A stretch of DNA of 64,000 nucleotides from Gemmatimonadaceae bacterium (GTDB lineage Bacteria; Gemmatimonadota; Gemmatimonadetes; Gemmatimonadales; Gemmatimonadaceae), in the NCBI GenBank assembly GCA_051859245.1, contig JBHYGA010000005.1:641413-705412 (forward strand), read 5' to 3'. Under the pieces are notes generated by a model. It ran no database searches. It worked only from the letters and a program-made list of their open reading frames with translations, and was not told where the DNA came from. Each line of letters begins with the position of its first letter. Position 1 is the stretch's first letter. The translations under genes were made by a program, and so were the position numbers. Shown piece after piece: positions 53,871 through 62,861 of this stretch.

Positions 53871-54734
53871 TTAGCGGCAACGCGGCACAGTTGGCGCGGG
53901 CGGCAATCGGCACGCGGCCGTGGTGCACAGCCTGCGCGCGCGCGCGATCCGATCCGCCAGACGGCCCACGGTAAATCGCGGATGCATGCCGTTGTCCGAC
54001 ACATCCGTGGCGGCATCAAGCTGTTTGCGAATGGTGGTACCGGCCGCCACGTTGCGCACGCCCTTGCTCGCGGGATCGAGATAGAGCCGTGCGAGATCGT
54101 GCAGCGCCCAGTAGTTGCCCGGCTTCACAATCGATGTAATCGCGGTGCTGTCATCACCCGACGCGAGACGATCCGCAATGCTGCGCGCAGCCGTCAGACT
54201 GTACAACGCGCCACTGCGGCTGCTGTTGGCCACTTGAATCTCTGCGAGGCCGAGCAAAAAGTTCACACTCTCGCGCGTGACGCTGCGCGGGACCTCGTTT
54301 TCGATTGGCGCATAGGCGCGGGCGTGCAGGGCACGCGCACTGGCATGATCGCCACGGCGTGCGAGCCACAGGACGTAGGCGTCAGCGGCCGCGTAGTCGC
54401 CTTCGGAGGTGAGTTGCACCGCGTCTTCGTACGCCGCGCGTGCGGAATCACGACAGTTGCGCCACACGTCCCAGACTTCGGCCATACCCAGTCGCGCCGC
54501 GCTGGCCAGTTCCGCATCGCGATCCTGTCGCGCGAGTCGCAGGGCTTCCGAATAGGAGGCGAGGGCCTCGTCGGCCTTGCCCGACAGGGCGGCGGTTTGT
54601 CCGGCTCTCCAGGCGCGGTCACCGTCGCTCTGGGCGCCAGCCACGGTCGGCGCTGCGCCCAGCAGTGCAATGAAGGTCAACACGAGCGCTGTGCACGCGA
54701 ACCGCTGCTTCGCTCGTGTGAGTCTGTCACTCAT
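53871..54734 (-). CDS. Secreted TPR-like hypothetical protein
   Basis: Signal-like segment after ATG 54734; helical repeats (ALASYSEALRLAR). Confidence 0.6.
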   Translation of the reverse strand: MSDRLTRAKQRFACTALVLTFIALLGAAPTVAGAQSDGDRAWRAGQTAALSGKADEALASYSEALRLARQDRDAELASAARLGMAEVWDVWRNCRDSARAAYEDAVQLTSEGDYAAADAYVLWLARRGDHASARALHARAYAPIENEVPRSVTRESVNFLLGLAEIQVANSSRSGALYSLTAARSIADRLASGDDSTAITSIVKPGNYWALHDLARLYLDPASKGVRNVAAGTTIRKQLDAATDVSDNGMHPRFTVGRLADRIARARRLCTTAACRLPPAPTVPRCR

Positions 54735-54984
54735 GCATTCACTCCCCGTCCAATGAAGCCGTTTGGCGCGAACCAGTTCGCTCACGCTGCACACGCTCGT
54801 CAGTGCGACCCATCCACGCAAGACGTGCGGGTGAATATTAGGTATCGCCGAGGTGATACAGCGCACCAGATCTTTTGGGAAATATTGCGAACCGTTTTCC
54901 GGCGTTGCGCATTGATCAACGGCATGACCGCAGCGACAACCCGATGACGGGTTGTACCCTCGGACCTTCAGCGTGTGCATTGGT

Positions 54985-55458
54985 ATGACCGACTTCAGCG
55001 CTCAGCGCGATCAGGCAGAACTTCACGGGAGCCGGCTCACGGCGCTGGTGATCGAACCGGACGTCATTTTGCAGCAGTTTCTGCGGCGACTGCTGGAACG
55101 GCACGGGATCGAAGCGCGACTGGCGTTCACCATGGAGCAGGGCGAGCGGCTGGCGCGCGAGGACAACGCGATCGATGTGGTGCTGCACGCCTCAGGCGCG
55201 GAGACACACGCGTCACAGGCGTTCGGCGGGTCGAGGGCGCCGCTGCCGGTCGTGCAGTTCGGTGGTGTGATGTCGCTGCGGGCCAAGGGCCCACGTCGGG
55301 CAGGCTCGTCCGGTCGGACCGACACCGGTGAAATCCCGCTCGATGCCGAAGCCCTGGTCCAGTCCATTCTGGCCGCAGTCCGGCGCGAAGCCCCCCGACC
55401 GACCCGTCAGGAAGCCCCGCGCGATACGGACACTCAACCGATTCGCCGCAGCTCCTGA
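54985..55458 (+). CDS. Atypical stand-alone receiver (pseudo-response regulator)
   Basis: ALVIEPD...LRRLLERHG...IDVVLHA; the phospho-Asp position is not Asp. Confidence 0.55.
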   Translation: MTDFSAQRDQAELHGSRLTALVIEPDVILQQFLRRLLERHGIEARLAFTMEQGERLAREDNAIDVVLHASGAETHASQAFGGSRAPLPVVQFGGVMSLRAKGPRRAGSSGRTDTGEIPLDAEALVQSILAAVRREAPRPTRQEAPRDTDTQPIRRSS

Positions 55459-55802
55459 TTGGCCGAGTGGCCAGCTCCGTGAACCGCGGCGTGAACCGCC
55501 AGCATCACATCGGCCGGTAGCGGCGCGCCTGGCGCGCGTTGCACGGCCTGGACCACCAACTGCAGCACACGCGACTGTTCCGCGAACGATGCGAGCAGCG
55601 CACCGCCAGCCCCCGGTGTGGCTGCAATGTCCTGCGCCAGCAGTTCCAACTCCACCGAAAGCGCGCGTGCGCTATCGTGGCCTGCCAGGGCCGCGGCGAC
55701 CTCGGTGGCCGCCTCATCGGGGCTTTCGGGAAGGGCCGTCACGAGCGCTTCCTGCACGCGCTGATTACTCATGGCCATGGACGCCAGCCGGCGGCGGGCC
55801 AT
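55434..55802 (-). CDS. Hypothetical protein
   Basis: Ala-rich ORF with plausible composition; start uncertain. Confidence 0.45.
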   Translation of the reverse strand: MARRRLASMAMSNQRVQEALVTALPESPDEAATEVAAALAGHDSARALSVELELLAQDIAATPGAGGALLASFAEQSRVLQLVVQAVQRAPGAPLPADVMLAVHAAVHGAGHSANQELRRIG

Positions 55803-56122
55803 GTGCGAAGATTCGAATCCCACTCTGTTAGTCTCCTCAGCCGCGAACTGGACTCTTGACAGAATCGCGTTTGTGACATAAATGCGACGCGCGCTTTGTA
55901 AGCGCATGAATTACTTTCTGTTGCAGTGATCAGGATCAGCAGCACGCCCCGAGCAGGCAGGCGGACCGGTTCTCCGGGTCAGCCTTGTCCGCTCGGGACC
56001 GGTCGTCGTGTTGATCGGTAGCACGTCACGTGGCGGGTGTCCTGCCACGGGTGGCCAGTGGCCTCCCACGCGCTATCGACGCGGCGATCGTCAACCTCGA
56101 ACGCTCGAGGGGACATCGCGTT

Positions 56123-57067
56123 ATGCACGTCCTTACGAATCAGACGGACCGCAGTCTCGACCAGCGCGATTTGCTGGCCGTGGCGCGAGCGACCCTCGAC
56201 GAACACTGGGCCGTCTCCGCCGTCCCGCAGGAGCGACGAACACTGCTCCTCGAACGCGCCGACGAAGCCGCCGTCGCGGCCGGTGAGGGGCTCGGAGAGC
56301 CGATCGCCGATGGTCTGGCGCTGCTCGGAACCGCGTACGAACTGGCCGCGCTTGGTCAGCTCGAAGCCGCGCTCGACAGCGCCCCCACAGCGAATCGGGA
56401 CCTCGCCCGCGCCGTGCTGATTCTTGGAGCGTCCCGCGCCTACCGCTGCGGCGCGGCGCTCCGCCCCCCCATTGATGACGGCGACGCCGCCCTCACCTGG
56501 GCGCTGCGCCTCGGTGCCTTGGCCATGGTCAGCGGACAGACGGATGTCTACGCCGACTGGTGGCAGAAACGCGAGGGCATTGCCGCCGCCGTGGAGAGCT
56601 ACGGCAAATCGCTCGACACGCTCGCCTGGGAGCCGTACGCGCGCGGCACTCTCTGGCTGGCCTGGCTGGGCCTCCTGGGCGCGCCCCTGAGCGCTCCCAT
56701 CCCGGAAGAGGGGGAAGTGGCCCCTCGGCCGCTCGTGGCCACCAGAACGCGTCTGGCGGCCTTCCGTGAACGTCGTGCGGCCCACGGCACCACCGGTGAT
56801 GCGCCCGTGCTCAGCACGGCCGCGCTGCGCGCCCGCATGGCCGAGTTCGCCATCCGCCATCTGGCCGACGCCACGGAGCTGCTCACGATTGCCGTGCTGC
56901 GCCGCACGCTCCCCGACGTGTCGTCGGAGTTCAAGCTGCGACTGAGCGCGGCGCGCTCGGCGATGGCTGGTGATCACGGTCAGGATGTGCTGCTGGCGTG
57001 GTTGCAGGCTGCCGGCGTTACGCTGGCAGGCGGCGTGACCGCCCAGCTCGAACTCCCAGGATTCTAG
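56123..57067 (+). CDS. All-helical hypothetical protein ending in QLELPGF
   Basis: GAGGGG upstream of ATG 56123; strong GC3 bias. Confidence 0.75.
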   Translation: MHVLTNQTDRSLDQRDLLAVARATLDEHWAVSAVPQERRTLLLERADEAAVAAGEGLGEPIADGLALLGTAYELAALGQLEAALDSAPTANRDLARAVLILGASRAYRCGAALRPPIDDGDAALTWALRLGALAMVSGQTDVYADWWQKREGIAAAVESYGKSLDTLAWEPYARGTLWLAWLGLLGAPLSAPIPEEGEVAPRPLVATRTRLAAFRERRAAHGTTGDAPVLSTAALRARMAEFAIRHLADATELLTIAVLRRTLPDVSSEFKLRLSAARSAMAGDHGQDVLLAWLQAAGVTLAGGVTAQLELPGF

Positions 57068-57413
57068 TCCGTCCCAGCCGTTCGGCGCCCTTCACGCGCC
57101 ACACGCGGAAGACCGTGCGTCCGGCAGAACCGGGGGCAAAGGCCACGCCACCGCGGCGTTCGCCACCGTCGGCGACCATGCCCGCGATGCCGGCGCGCAA
57201 TGCCTGCGAGGCCATATCCGCCTCCGCGCCAGATTCGATGCGGAACCACCGGCTCGAACCCGCCACATCCTGAGCGCGTACGTAATACGCGTCGTCAGCC
57301 GCCCAGAAGCCGGAGAGCTGCGCCGAGCTGTCGTCAGTGGACGCGATCGGCAGCGAGGTCAGCGGCGCGGGTTCAATGGCGCCAATCGGCGCGGCGCAGG
57401 GAATGACGTTCAT
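57018..57413 (-). CDS. Hypothetical protein
   Basis: 131-aa ORF with C-rich leader; overlaps the convergent gene by 50 nt. Confidence 0.45.
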   Translation of the reverse strand: MNVIPCAAPIGAIEPAPLTSLPIASTDDSSAQLSGFWAADDAYYVRAQDVAGSSRWFRIESGAEADMASQALRAGIAGMVADGGERRGGVAFAPGSAGRTVFRVWRVKGAERLGRTRILGVRAGRSRRLPA

Positions 57414-57524
57414 GGGGAGTGGGCGACAGGATCGGAGAATCGTGATCGAACACAGCGCGAGGCCGTGTGTCGGGCGAGCATTGTACGACGATCCGACCGC
57501 ACACGCAATACGAAGTGAACGCTG

Positions 57525-57718
57525 TAAGTTGTTGACATTGATGTGGATACGCGTTCATAACTATGTGGATAACTCGCCAAGTGTCACATTCCCAACGTGT
57601 CCACACCAGTTCGTGTGTGGAAAACACCCCTTGTGATATCGAACCCTCGGTGGGCGCTGGACCCCATCTTTTCCACACGCAGGCGAATCACAAATATTGT
57701 ATTTTCGTGTAGTCCACA
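57525..57718. promoter_or_regulatory. DnaA-box cluster with IHF-like site (candidate oriC or DnaA-regulatory locus)
   Basis: TGTGGATAC 57542, TGTGGATAA 57564, GTGTCCACA 57597, TGTGGAAAA 57616, TTTTCCACA 57669, TAGTCCACA 57710; TAAGTTGTTGACA 57525. Confidence 0.75.
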
Positions 57719-57860
57719 TGGGCGCGAGCGCCGGGCCGACTGGAAAATTCTTTCCTTTCGCGCCGGATTCAGGCTGTCCCCCCATGGCGCAATGGCTCCC
57801 CTTTCGACATGATGGCGCGATACGCGTCACCCTTGATTTCCCGCTCTCTGGAGTTGCCTG

Positions 57861-58844
57861 ATGGTTGAACCGCGAATCGGCCTGATTGTCGGGCGCGAGT
57901 GGTCCTTTCCGCCCGCGTTCATCGATGCGGTCAAGCAGCGCCGAGCTGGCGTTGTGGCTGAATACGCCTCGCTGGACGCCACACGGATGGCGCAGCCGGT
58001 GCCGTACACGCTGCTCATCGACCGCATTTCGCACGAGGTGGGCTTCTATCGCACCTACCTCAAGCACGCGGCCATTCAGGGCGCCACGGTGATCAATAAT
58101 CCGTTCATGTGGTCGGCCGACGACAAGTTCATTGATGCCACGCTCGCGGTGCGGCACGGTGTCGCGCATCCTAAAACAATGGTGCTGCCCAACAAGGACT
58201 ACATCCCGGGCATCTCGCACACGGAGTCGTTGCGCAACCTGGCCTATCCGCTCGACTGGCGCGGCGTCGCGGAGCACATCGGCTTTCCCTGTGTGCTGAA
58301 GGATGCGCACGGCGGCGGCTGGCGCGACGTGTACATCTGCCATTCCATGGAAGAGCTGATCCAGCACTACAACGGCAGCGGATTGCTCACCATGATCGCG
58401 CAGGCCTTTGTGAAGTGGGAGCAGTACGTGCGCTGCATGGTGCTGGGACGCGAGCACGTGCTGGTGATGCCGTACGATCCGCGCGAGCGAAAGTACATCA
58501 GCGACCCGGGCTACCTGCCCAAGGCCCTGCATGACCGCATTGCCGCCGACGCGCTCACGCTCTGCCGCGTGCTGGGCTACGACATGAACACCGTGGAGTT
58601 TGCGGTACAGGACGGCATTCCGTACGCGATTGACTTCATGAATCCGGCACCGGACATGGACATCAACTCGCTCACCCCGTCGTACTTTGAGTGGGTCGTC
58701 GAGCACATGGCCGACATGGCAATTCGATTGGCCACGATGCCACATGACGCCGTGCGTCCTGAAACAGCGATCCCGCCGCTCGCGCAGGCTGGTGCATCAG
58801 CCGCCGCGACGGTGGTGCCTCTCGTGGCGCCCGCGAGCAAATGA
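57861..58844 (+). CDS. RimK/glutathione-synthetase-like ATP-grasp ligase
   Basis: VINNPF, DDKF, FPCVLK..GGGW..V, QAFV, VEFAVQDG.PYAIDFMNP. Confidence 0.85.
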   Translation: MVEPRIGLIVGREWSFPPAFIDAVKQRRAGVVAEYASLDATRMAQPVPYTLLIDRISHEVGFYRTYLKHAAIQGATVINNPFMWSADDKFIDATLAVRHGVAHPKTMVLPNKDYIPGISHTESLRNLAYPLDWRGVAEHIGFPCVLKDAHGGGWRDVYICHSMEELIQHYNGSGLLTMIAQAFVKWEQYVRCMVLGREHVLVMPYDPRERKYISDPGYLPKALHDRIAADALTLCRVLGYDMNTVEFAVQDGIPYAIDFMNPAPDMDINSLTPSYFEWVVEHMADMAIRLATMPHDAVRPETAIPPLAQAGASAAATVVPLVAPASK

Positions 58845-60226
58845 GTTACGCGGCAACGGGGTTGGGAGACGATCCGGTCGCCGCCGAGGCGATTGCTCGA
58901 TATCACGACGGACTCACGGACGACATTGCCGAGTCGTCCATGGATATGCTGACCTCGCGGCTGCGCAGCGACGGTCTCTATTTCGGCGATCGTCCGCTCT
59001 GCAGCGTGATTCGTCCGCGGTTCTTTACGCTCGCGCAGTACAAGCATGTGGGGCGCGCGTCGCGTCTCGTTGTGTCGGCGATGGAAAAAGTGCGGGTGGC
59101 CGCGATGGCGGACAGCACGTTGCGTGCGCAGTTCCGCTTGCTCGACTGGGAAGAGCGCCTGATTCACGCCGATCCACGATTGCCGGTGGCGAGTCCCACG
59201 TCTCGTTTGGACGCGTTCTTTGCGCCTGGACCGGAGGGGCTCAAGTACACCGAGTACAACGCGGAAACGCCGGCTGGCGCGGCCTACAACGATGCGCTCG
59301 CCGCCGCGTTCATGGACCTGCCGGCCATGGCCGCGTTTCGCAAGCACTACATCGCGCTCAACGTGCCTGCGGGGGCGAGCGTGGTGCAGGCGTTGCTCGA
59401 GTCGTACTACAGCTGGCGTGGGGTACGCGAGACGCCCAGCGTGGTGATTCTGGATTGGAAGGAAGTGCCGACCTACAGCGAGTTTGTGCTGTTCGAGCAA
59501 CTGCTCAAGGATCTCGGCGTGCCCGTCATGATTGGTGACCCGCGCGACGCCGAGTACGCCAACGGGGTGCTGACAATTGCGGGCACACCGGTGACGCTCA
59601 TTTACAAGCGGGTGCTGCTCGACGAACTGATCACGCAGAGCGGGGAAGACTCGCCCGTGGTGCGCGCGGTGCAAGACGGCGCGGCGTGCATGGTGAATCC
59701 GTTCCGCTGCAAGCTGCTGCACAAGAAGGCGAGTCTGGCCGTGGTCAGCGATGAACAACAGGCGCATTTGCTCACCGCTGAAGAGCGGGCGGTCGTGACT
59801 GCGCACGTGCCGTGGACGCGGGTGGTCGAGGAGCGGCACACGCAGCATGCCGGTCAGTCTGTTGACCTGTTGCCCTTCATTCGCGAGCACAAGGACCGGT
59901 TGGTGCTCAAGCCCAATGACGACTACGGGGGTAAGGGGATCATCCTCGGCTGGACCGTGTCCGACGCGGAGTGGGAGACTGGCCTGATGACGGCGCTCGC
60001 GAATCCGTATATCGTTCAGGAGCGCGTGGTCCTGCCATCGGAGGCATTTCCAGCGTGGGTGGACGGGCGACTGCACATTGCCGACCGCATGGTCGACACC
60101 GCCCCCTTCCTCGTGCAACAGGCGGTTGTCGACGGGTGCCTTTCACGCATCGCGACTGATCCGTTGCTGAACGTGACCGCTGGTGGGGGCTCGAACGTCC
60201 CCACATTTCTGGTGGAGAACCGATGA
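58841..60226 (+). CDS. Circularly permuted ATP-grasp ligase (Gsp-synthetase-like)
   Basis: RLD, EYNAETPAG, IYKR, LVLKPNDDYGGKGI, VQERV, NVTAGGG. Confidence 0.85.
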   Translation: MSYAATGLGDDPVAAEAIARYHDGLTDDIAESSMDMLTSRLRSDGLYFGDRPLCSVIRPRFFTLAQYKHVGRASRLVVSAMEKVRVAAMADSTLRAQFRLLDWEERLIHADPRLPVASPTSRLDAFFAPGPEGLKYTEYNAETPAGAAYNDALAAAFMDLPAMAAFRKHYIALNVPAGASVVQALLESYYSWRGVRETPSVVILDWKEVPTYSEFVLFEQLLKDLGVPVMIGDPRDAEYANGVLTIAGTPVTLIYKRVLLDELITQSGEDSPVVRAVQDGAACMVNPFRCKLLHKKASLAVVSDEQQAHLLTAEERAVVTAHVPWTRVVEERHTQHAGQSVDLLPFIREHKDRLVLKPNDDYGGKGIILGWTVSDAEWETGLMTALANPYIVQERVVLPSEAFPAWVDGRLHIADRMVDTAPFLVQQAVVDGCLSRIATDPLLNVTAGGGSNVPTFLVENR

Positions 60227-61038
60227 GTGACACGCCGTACCGGCCGACGATTGGCCTGACCACACAAACGCTGCATTCCATTGACGGCATACCGCCGGCG
60301 CTTCCGTCGTCGTGGGTGATGAATCAGCGGTACTTCATGGCCACTACGATGGTGGGCGGTGTGCCGTGGATGATTCCGCTGCTCGACGACGATCTGCCCA
60401 CGCTGCGCGCGATCTACGAACGCCTTGACGGTCTCTTGATTCCGGGCGGTGTGGACATGGATCCGCGGCAATACGGTCAGGAGATTGCGCCGTACTGCGG
60501 CAACCTGGATCCGTCGCGTGATCGCACGGAGTTGCAGCTTGCGCGCTGGGCCATTGAAGACGGCAAGCCGGTGTTTGGTCTCTGCCGCGGTTTGCAGATC
60601 ATCAACGTGGCACTCGGCGGCTCGCTGTGGCAGGACCTGGCCACGCAGAAGCCCGAGCTTGCCAAGCATGATTATTTTCCCACGGCGGGTTACGCACGCA
60701 CACATCTTGCGCACTCGGTTACGCTCGAAGCCAACTCGCGTCTCGCGCGTTTGCTCGACGGACCGGATACCGTGATGGTGAACAGCATGCATCACCAGGG
60801 TGTGCAGGAACTGGGCGACGGTTTGCTCGTGTCTGCTCGTGCACCAGACGGATTGATTGAAGCGCTCGAGTTGCCCGGTGAAGCGTTTGTGATGGGTGTG
60901 CAGTGGCACCCGGAAGTGTTCGAAATGAGCGACCCGCACACCCGCCATTTGTTCGGCGGTTTTATCAACGCATCAGTGCAATGGGCCGAGCGTAATCGCG
61001 CCGGTCATGTCATGGCAGGATCCACCCGGGAGCTGTAA
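60223..61038 (+). CDS. Gamma-glutamyl amide hydrolase, peptidase C26 (PuuD-like)
   Basis: DGLLIPGGVD, GLCRGLQ, NSMHHQ, GVQWHPE. Confidence 0.92.
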   Translation: MSDTPYRPTIGLTTQTLHSIDGIPPALPSSWVMNQRYFMATTMVGGVPWMIPLLDDDLPTLRAIYERLDGLLIPGGVDMDPRQYGQEIAPYCGNLDPSRDRTELQLARWAIEDGKPVFGLCRGLQIINVALGGSLWQDLATQKPELAKHDYFPTAGYARTHLAHSVTLEANSRLARLLDGPDTVMVNSMHHQGVQELGDGLLVSARAPDGLIEALELPGEAFVMGVQWHPEVFEMSDPHTRHLFGGFINASVQWAERNRAGHVMAGSTREL

Positions 61039-62259
61039 ATGAAGGGACCGTCGCTCACCGTCGGAATCGAAGAAGAGTACCAGATTATCGACCCGGTGAC
61101 GCGAGATCTCACGCCGGGTTTTGAATCGTTGATTCGGTCTGATGATCCGCTCATGGCCGAAGTGAAGCCGGAGCTGCATCAGTGTCAGGTGGAGATTGGC
61201 ACGAAGCCGTGCAATACCATCGCTGAACTGCGCGTAGAGCTGACCAAACATCGCAAGGCGGTGATTGGTGCCGCCGCGCAGCACGGACTCGCGATTGCAT
61301 CGGCCGGTACGCATCCGTTTTCAAATTGGATGAATCAGGAAATGACGCCCAAGGAGCGGTATCTGGGCGTCAAGGCGGAGCTGCAGGATCTGGCGCATCG
61401 CCTGCTGATCTTCGGCACACACGTGCACGTGGGTATTGAAGACAACGAGTTTCGTATTGATTGTCTGAACGCCGCGCGCTACGTGCTGCCGCACATTCTG
61501 TGCCTCTCTACCAGTTCGCCGTTCTGGTTCGGGCGCAACACGGGGCTGCACAGTTATCGCAGCATCGTCTTCAAGAACTTTCCGCGTACCGGCGTGCCGC
61601 GCATTTTCAACGGCTGGTCGGAGTACACGAATGTGGTTGATACGCTGGTGGAAACGCGCAGCATTCCTGACGGATCAAAGATTTGGTGGGATGTGCGTCC
61701 GCACCATTTGTATCCCACGCTTGAGTTCCGCATTTGCGATGTGAACACGCGTGTGGATGAAGCGATCTGCGTGGCGGCGTTGCTGCAGGCCGTCGTGGCC
61801 AAAATGTGGAAGCTGCGCCGCGACAACATGACGTTCCGCGTGTACGCTGCCGATCTCATTGAAGAGAACAAGTGGCGCGCGGTGCGTTGGGGGCTCGGCG
61901 GCAAGCTGATCGACTTTGGCAAGCGCACGGAGTTGCCGGCGCCGGAAGCGATTCGTGAACTGATTGAATGGTTCCTTGATGATGTGCTTGATGAACTGGG
62001 CACGCGCAAGGAAGTGGAGTACGCGTTTGATATTCTGCAGCACGGGTCGAGTGCTCAGCGGCAGTTGGCCACGTACGCGCGCACGGGGGATCTGCGGGCG
62101 GTGGTGGATCAGTTGATCCTGGAGACGGCTGAGGGTGTGTGTGATGTGACGCTCGGGCCGCCGCTGAATCGAATTGATGCGCCGATGACGGCGGCGAAGC
62201 CGGGGACGATCGCGACGCCTGTTGCGCCGCCGATGGGTGTGCCGGTGGAGTCGGATTGA
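61039..62259 (+). CDS. Carboxylate-amine ligase, GCS2/YbdK family
   Basis: [42 protein letters not shown]. Confidence 0.93.
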   Translation: MKGPSLTVGIEEEYQIIDPVTRDLTPGFESLIRSDDPLMAEVKPELHQCQVEIGTKPCNTIAELRVELTKHRKAVIGAAAQHGLAIASAGTHPFSNWMNQEMTPKERYLGVKAELQDLAHRLLIFGTHVHVGIEDNEFRIDCLNAARYVLPHILCLSTSSPFWFGRNTGLHSYRSIVFKNFPRTGVPRIFNGWSEYTNVVDTLVETRSIPDGSKIWWDVRPHHLYPTLEFRICDVNTRVDEAICVAALLQAVVAKMWKLRRDNMTFRVYAADLIEENKWRAVRWGLGGKLIDFGKRTELPAPEAIRELIEWFLDDVLDELGTRKEVEYAFDILQHGSSAQRQLATYARTGDLRAVVDQLILETAEGVCDVTLGPPLNRIDAPMTAAKPGTIATPVAPPMGVPVESD

Positions 62260-62300
62260 GGGTTGGTGCAGGTGCAGGGTTGTGTGCAGGGGGAAACGGC

Positions 62301-62451
62301 AACTGCTTTGAACACGGAGACGCGGAGACGGCATGTGGCTCCGGGCGCGTCGCGGAGCCGCACGTTCATCAATTTTTATGTGAACTGCGTGCAAGGGCCA
62401 CGGTTTGCCCTTCATACCAACTCACTCCGCGTCTCCGTGTTCAAAGCAGTT
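62301..62451. repeat. Inverted-repeat element copy 1 (REP/MITE-like)
   Basis: Perfect 27-bp IR aactgctttgaacacggagacgcggag (62301-62327) / 62425-62451, with three internal hairpins. Confidence 0.85.
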
Positions 62452-62703
62452 TACGATGCCGGTGCCGAGCGCAGACCGTGGAGACTAGCACCGAACTTCT
62501 GGATTTTTGGAATGCTTGCGAGCCAGTTTCTATTCACGTGGTGCTGGCGTAACTCGGCGAGGACAGGCCGCTACGACCGTAGCGATCTACGATCCCGCGC
62601 CGACGTCGCACATGTTGCAGACGCGAAGGACTCGAAGGTGTCATCGTAGCGAGTGTCAGCGAACCGCTGCGTGACTTCAGGTGTGGCGCTGAGTCGGCAC
62701 CGG

Positions 62704-62861
62704 AACTGCATTAACACAGAGACGCAGAGTCGCAGAGACTGCATGTCGCGACGAGCAGCGTCGCAGCGGGTACACATATTCAATTAATTTGAATCTGTGT
62801 GCCGCGATGCTCGAACAACATGTTGTCTCTGCGCCTCCGCGTCTCCGTGTTCAACGCAGTT
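62704..62861. repeat. Inverted-repeat element copy 2 (REP/MITE-like)
   Basis: Imperfect IR of about 36 bp, 62704-62739 / 62825-62861, homologous to the copy 1 arms; nested inner stem. Confidence 0.8.

Noticed and set aside
55808..55828. tRNA T-arm-like fragment gattcgaatcccactct
   Set aside because: Too short, no cloverleaf, and no exact match to the tRNAs in the window.
55856..55884. Perfect TTGACA -35 hexamer
   Set aside because: No convincing TAnnnT -10 at 16-18 nt spacing.
50333..57400. Genomic island at tRNA-Met
   Set aside because: No mobility genes or att repeat, and composition is similar to the host.
57561..60118. 394-aa and 513-aa minus-strand ORFs
   Set aside because: Antisense shadows of the ATP-grasp genes with no motifs of their own.
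62266..62293. Three gtgcagg repeats after the YbdK-family gene
   Set aside because: Too short and low in complexity to interpret.
62256..62783. Short ORFs across the repeat region
   Set aside because: They are translations of the inverted repeats, with no coding signature.
62301..62861. Integron attC sites
   Set aside because: The ends carry AAC/GTT but do not fit RYYYAAC...GTTRRRY on either strand, and no integrase is present.
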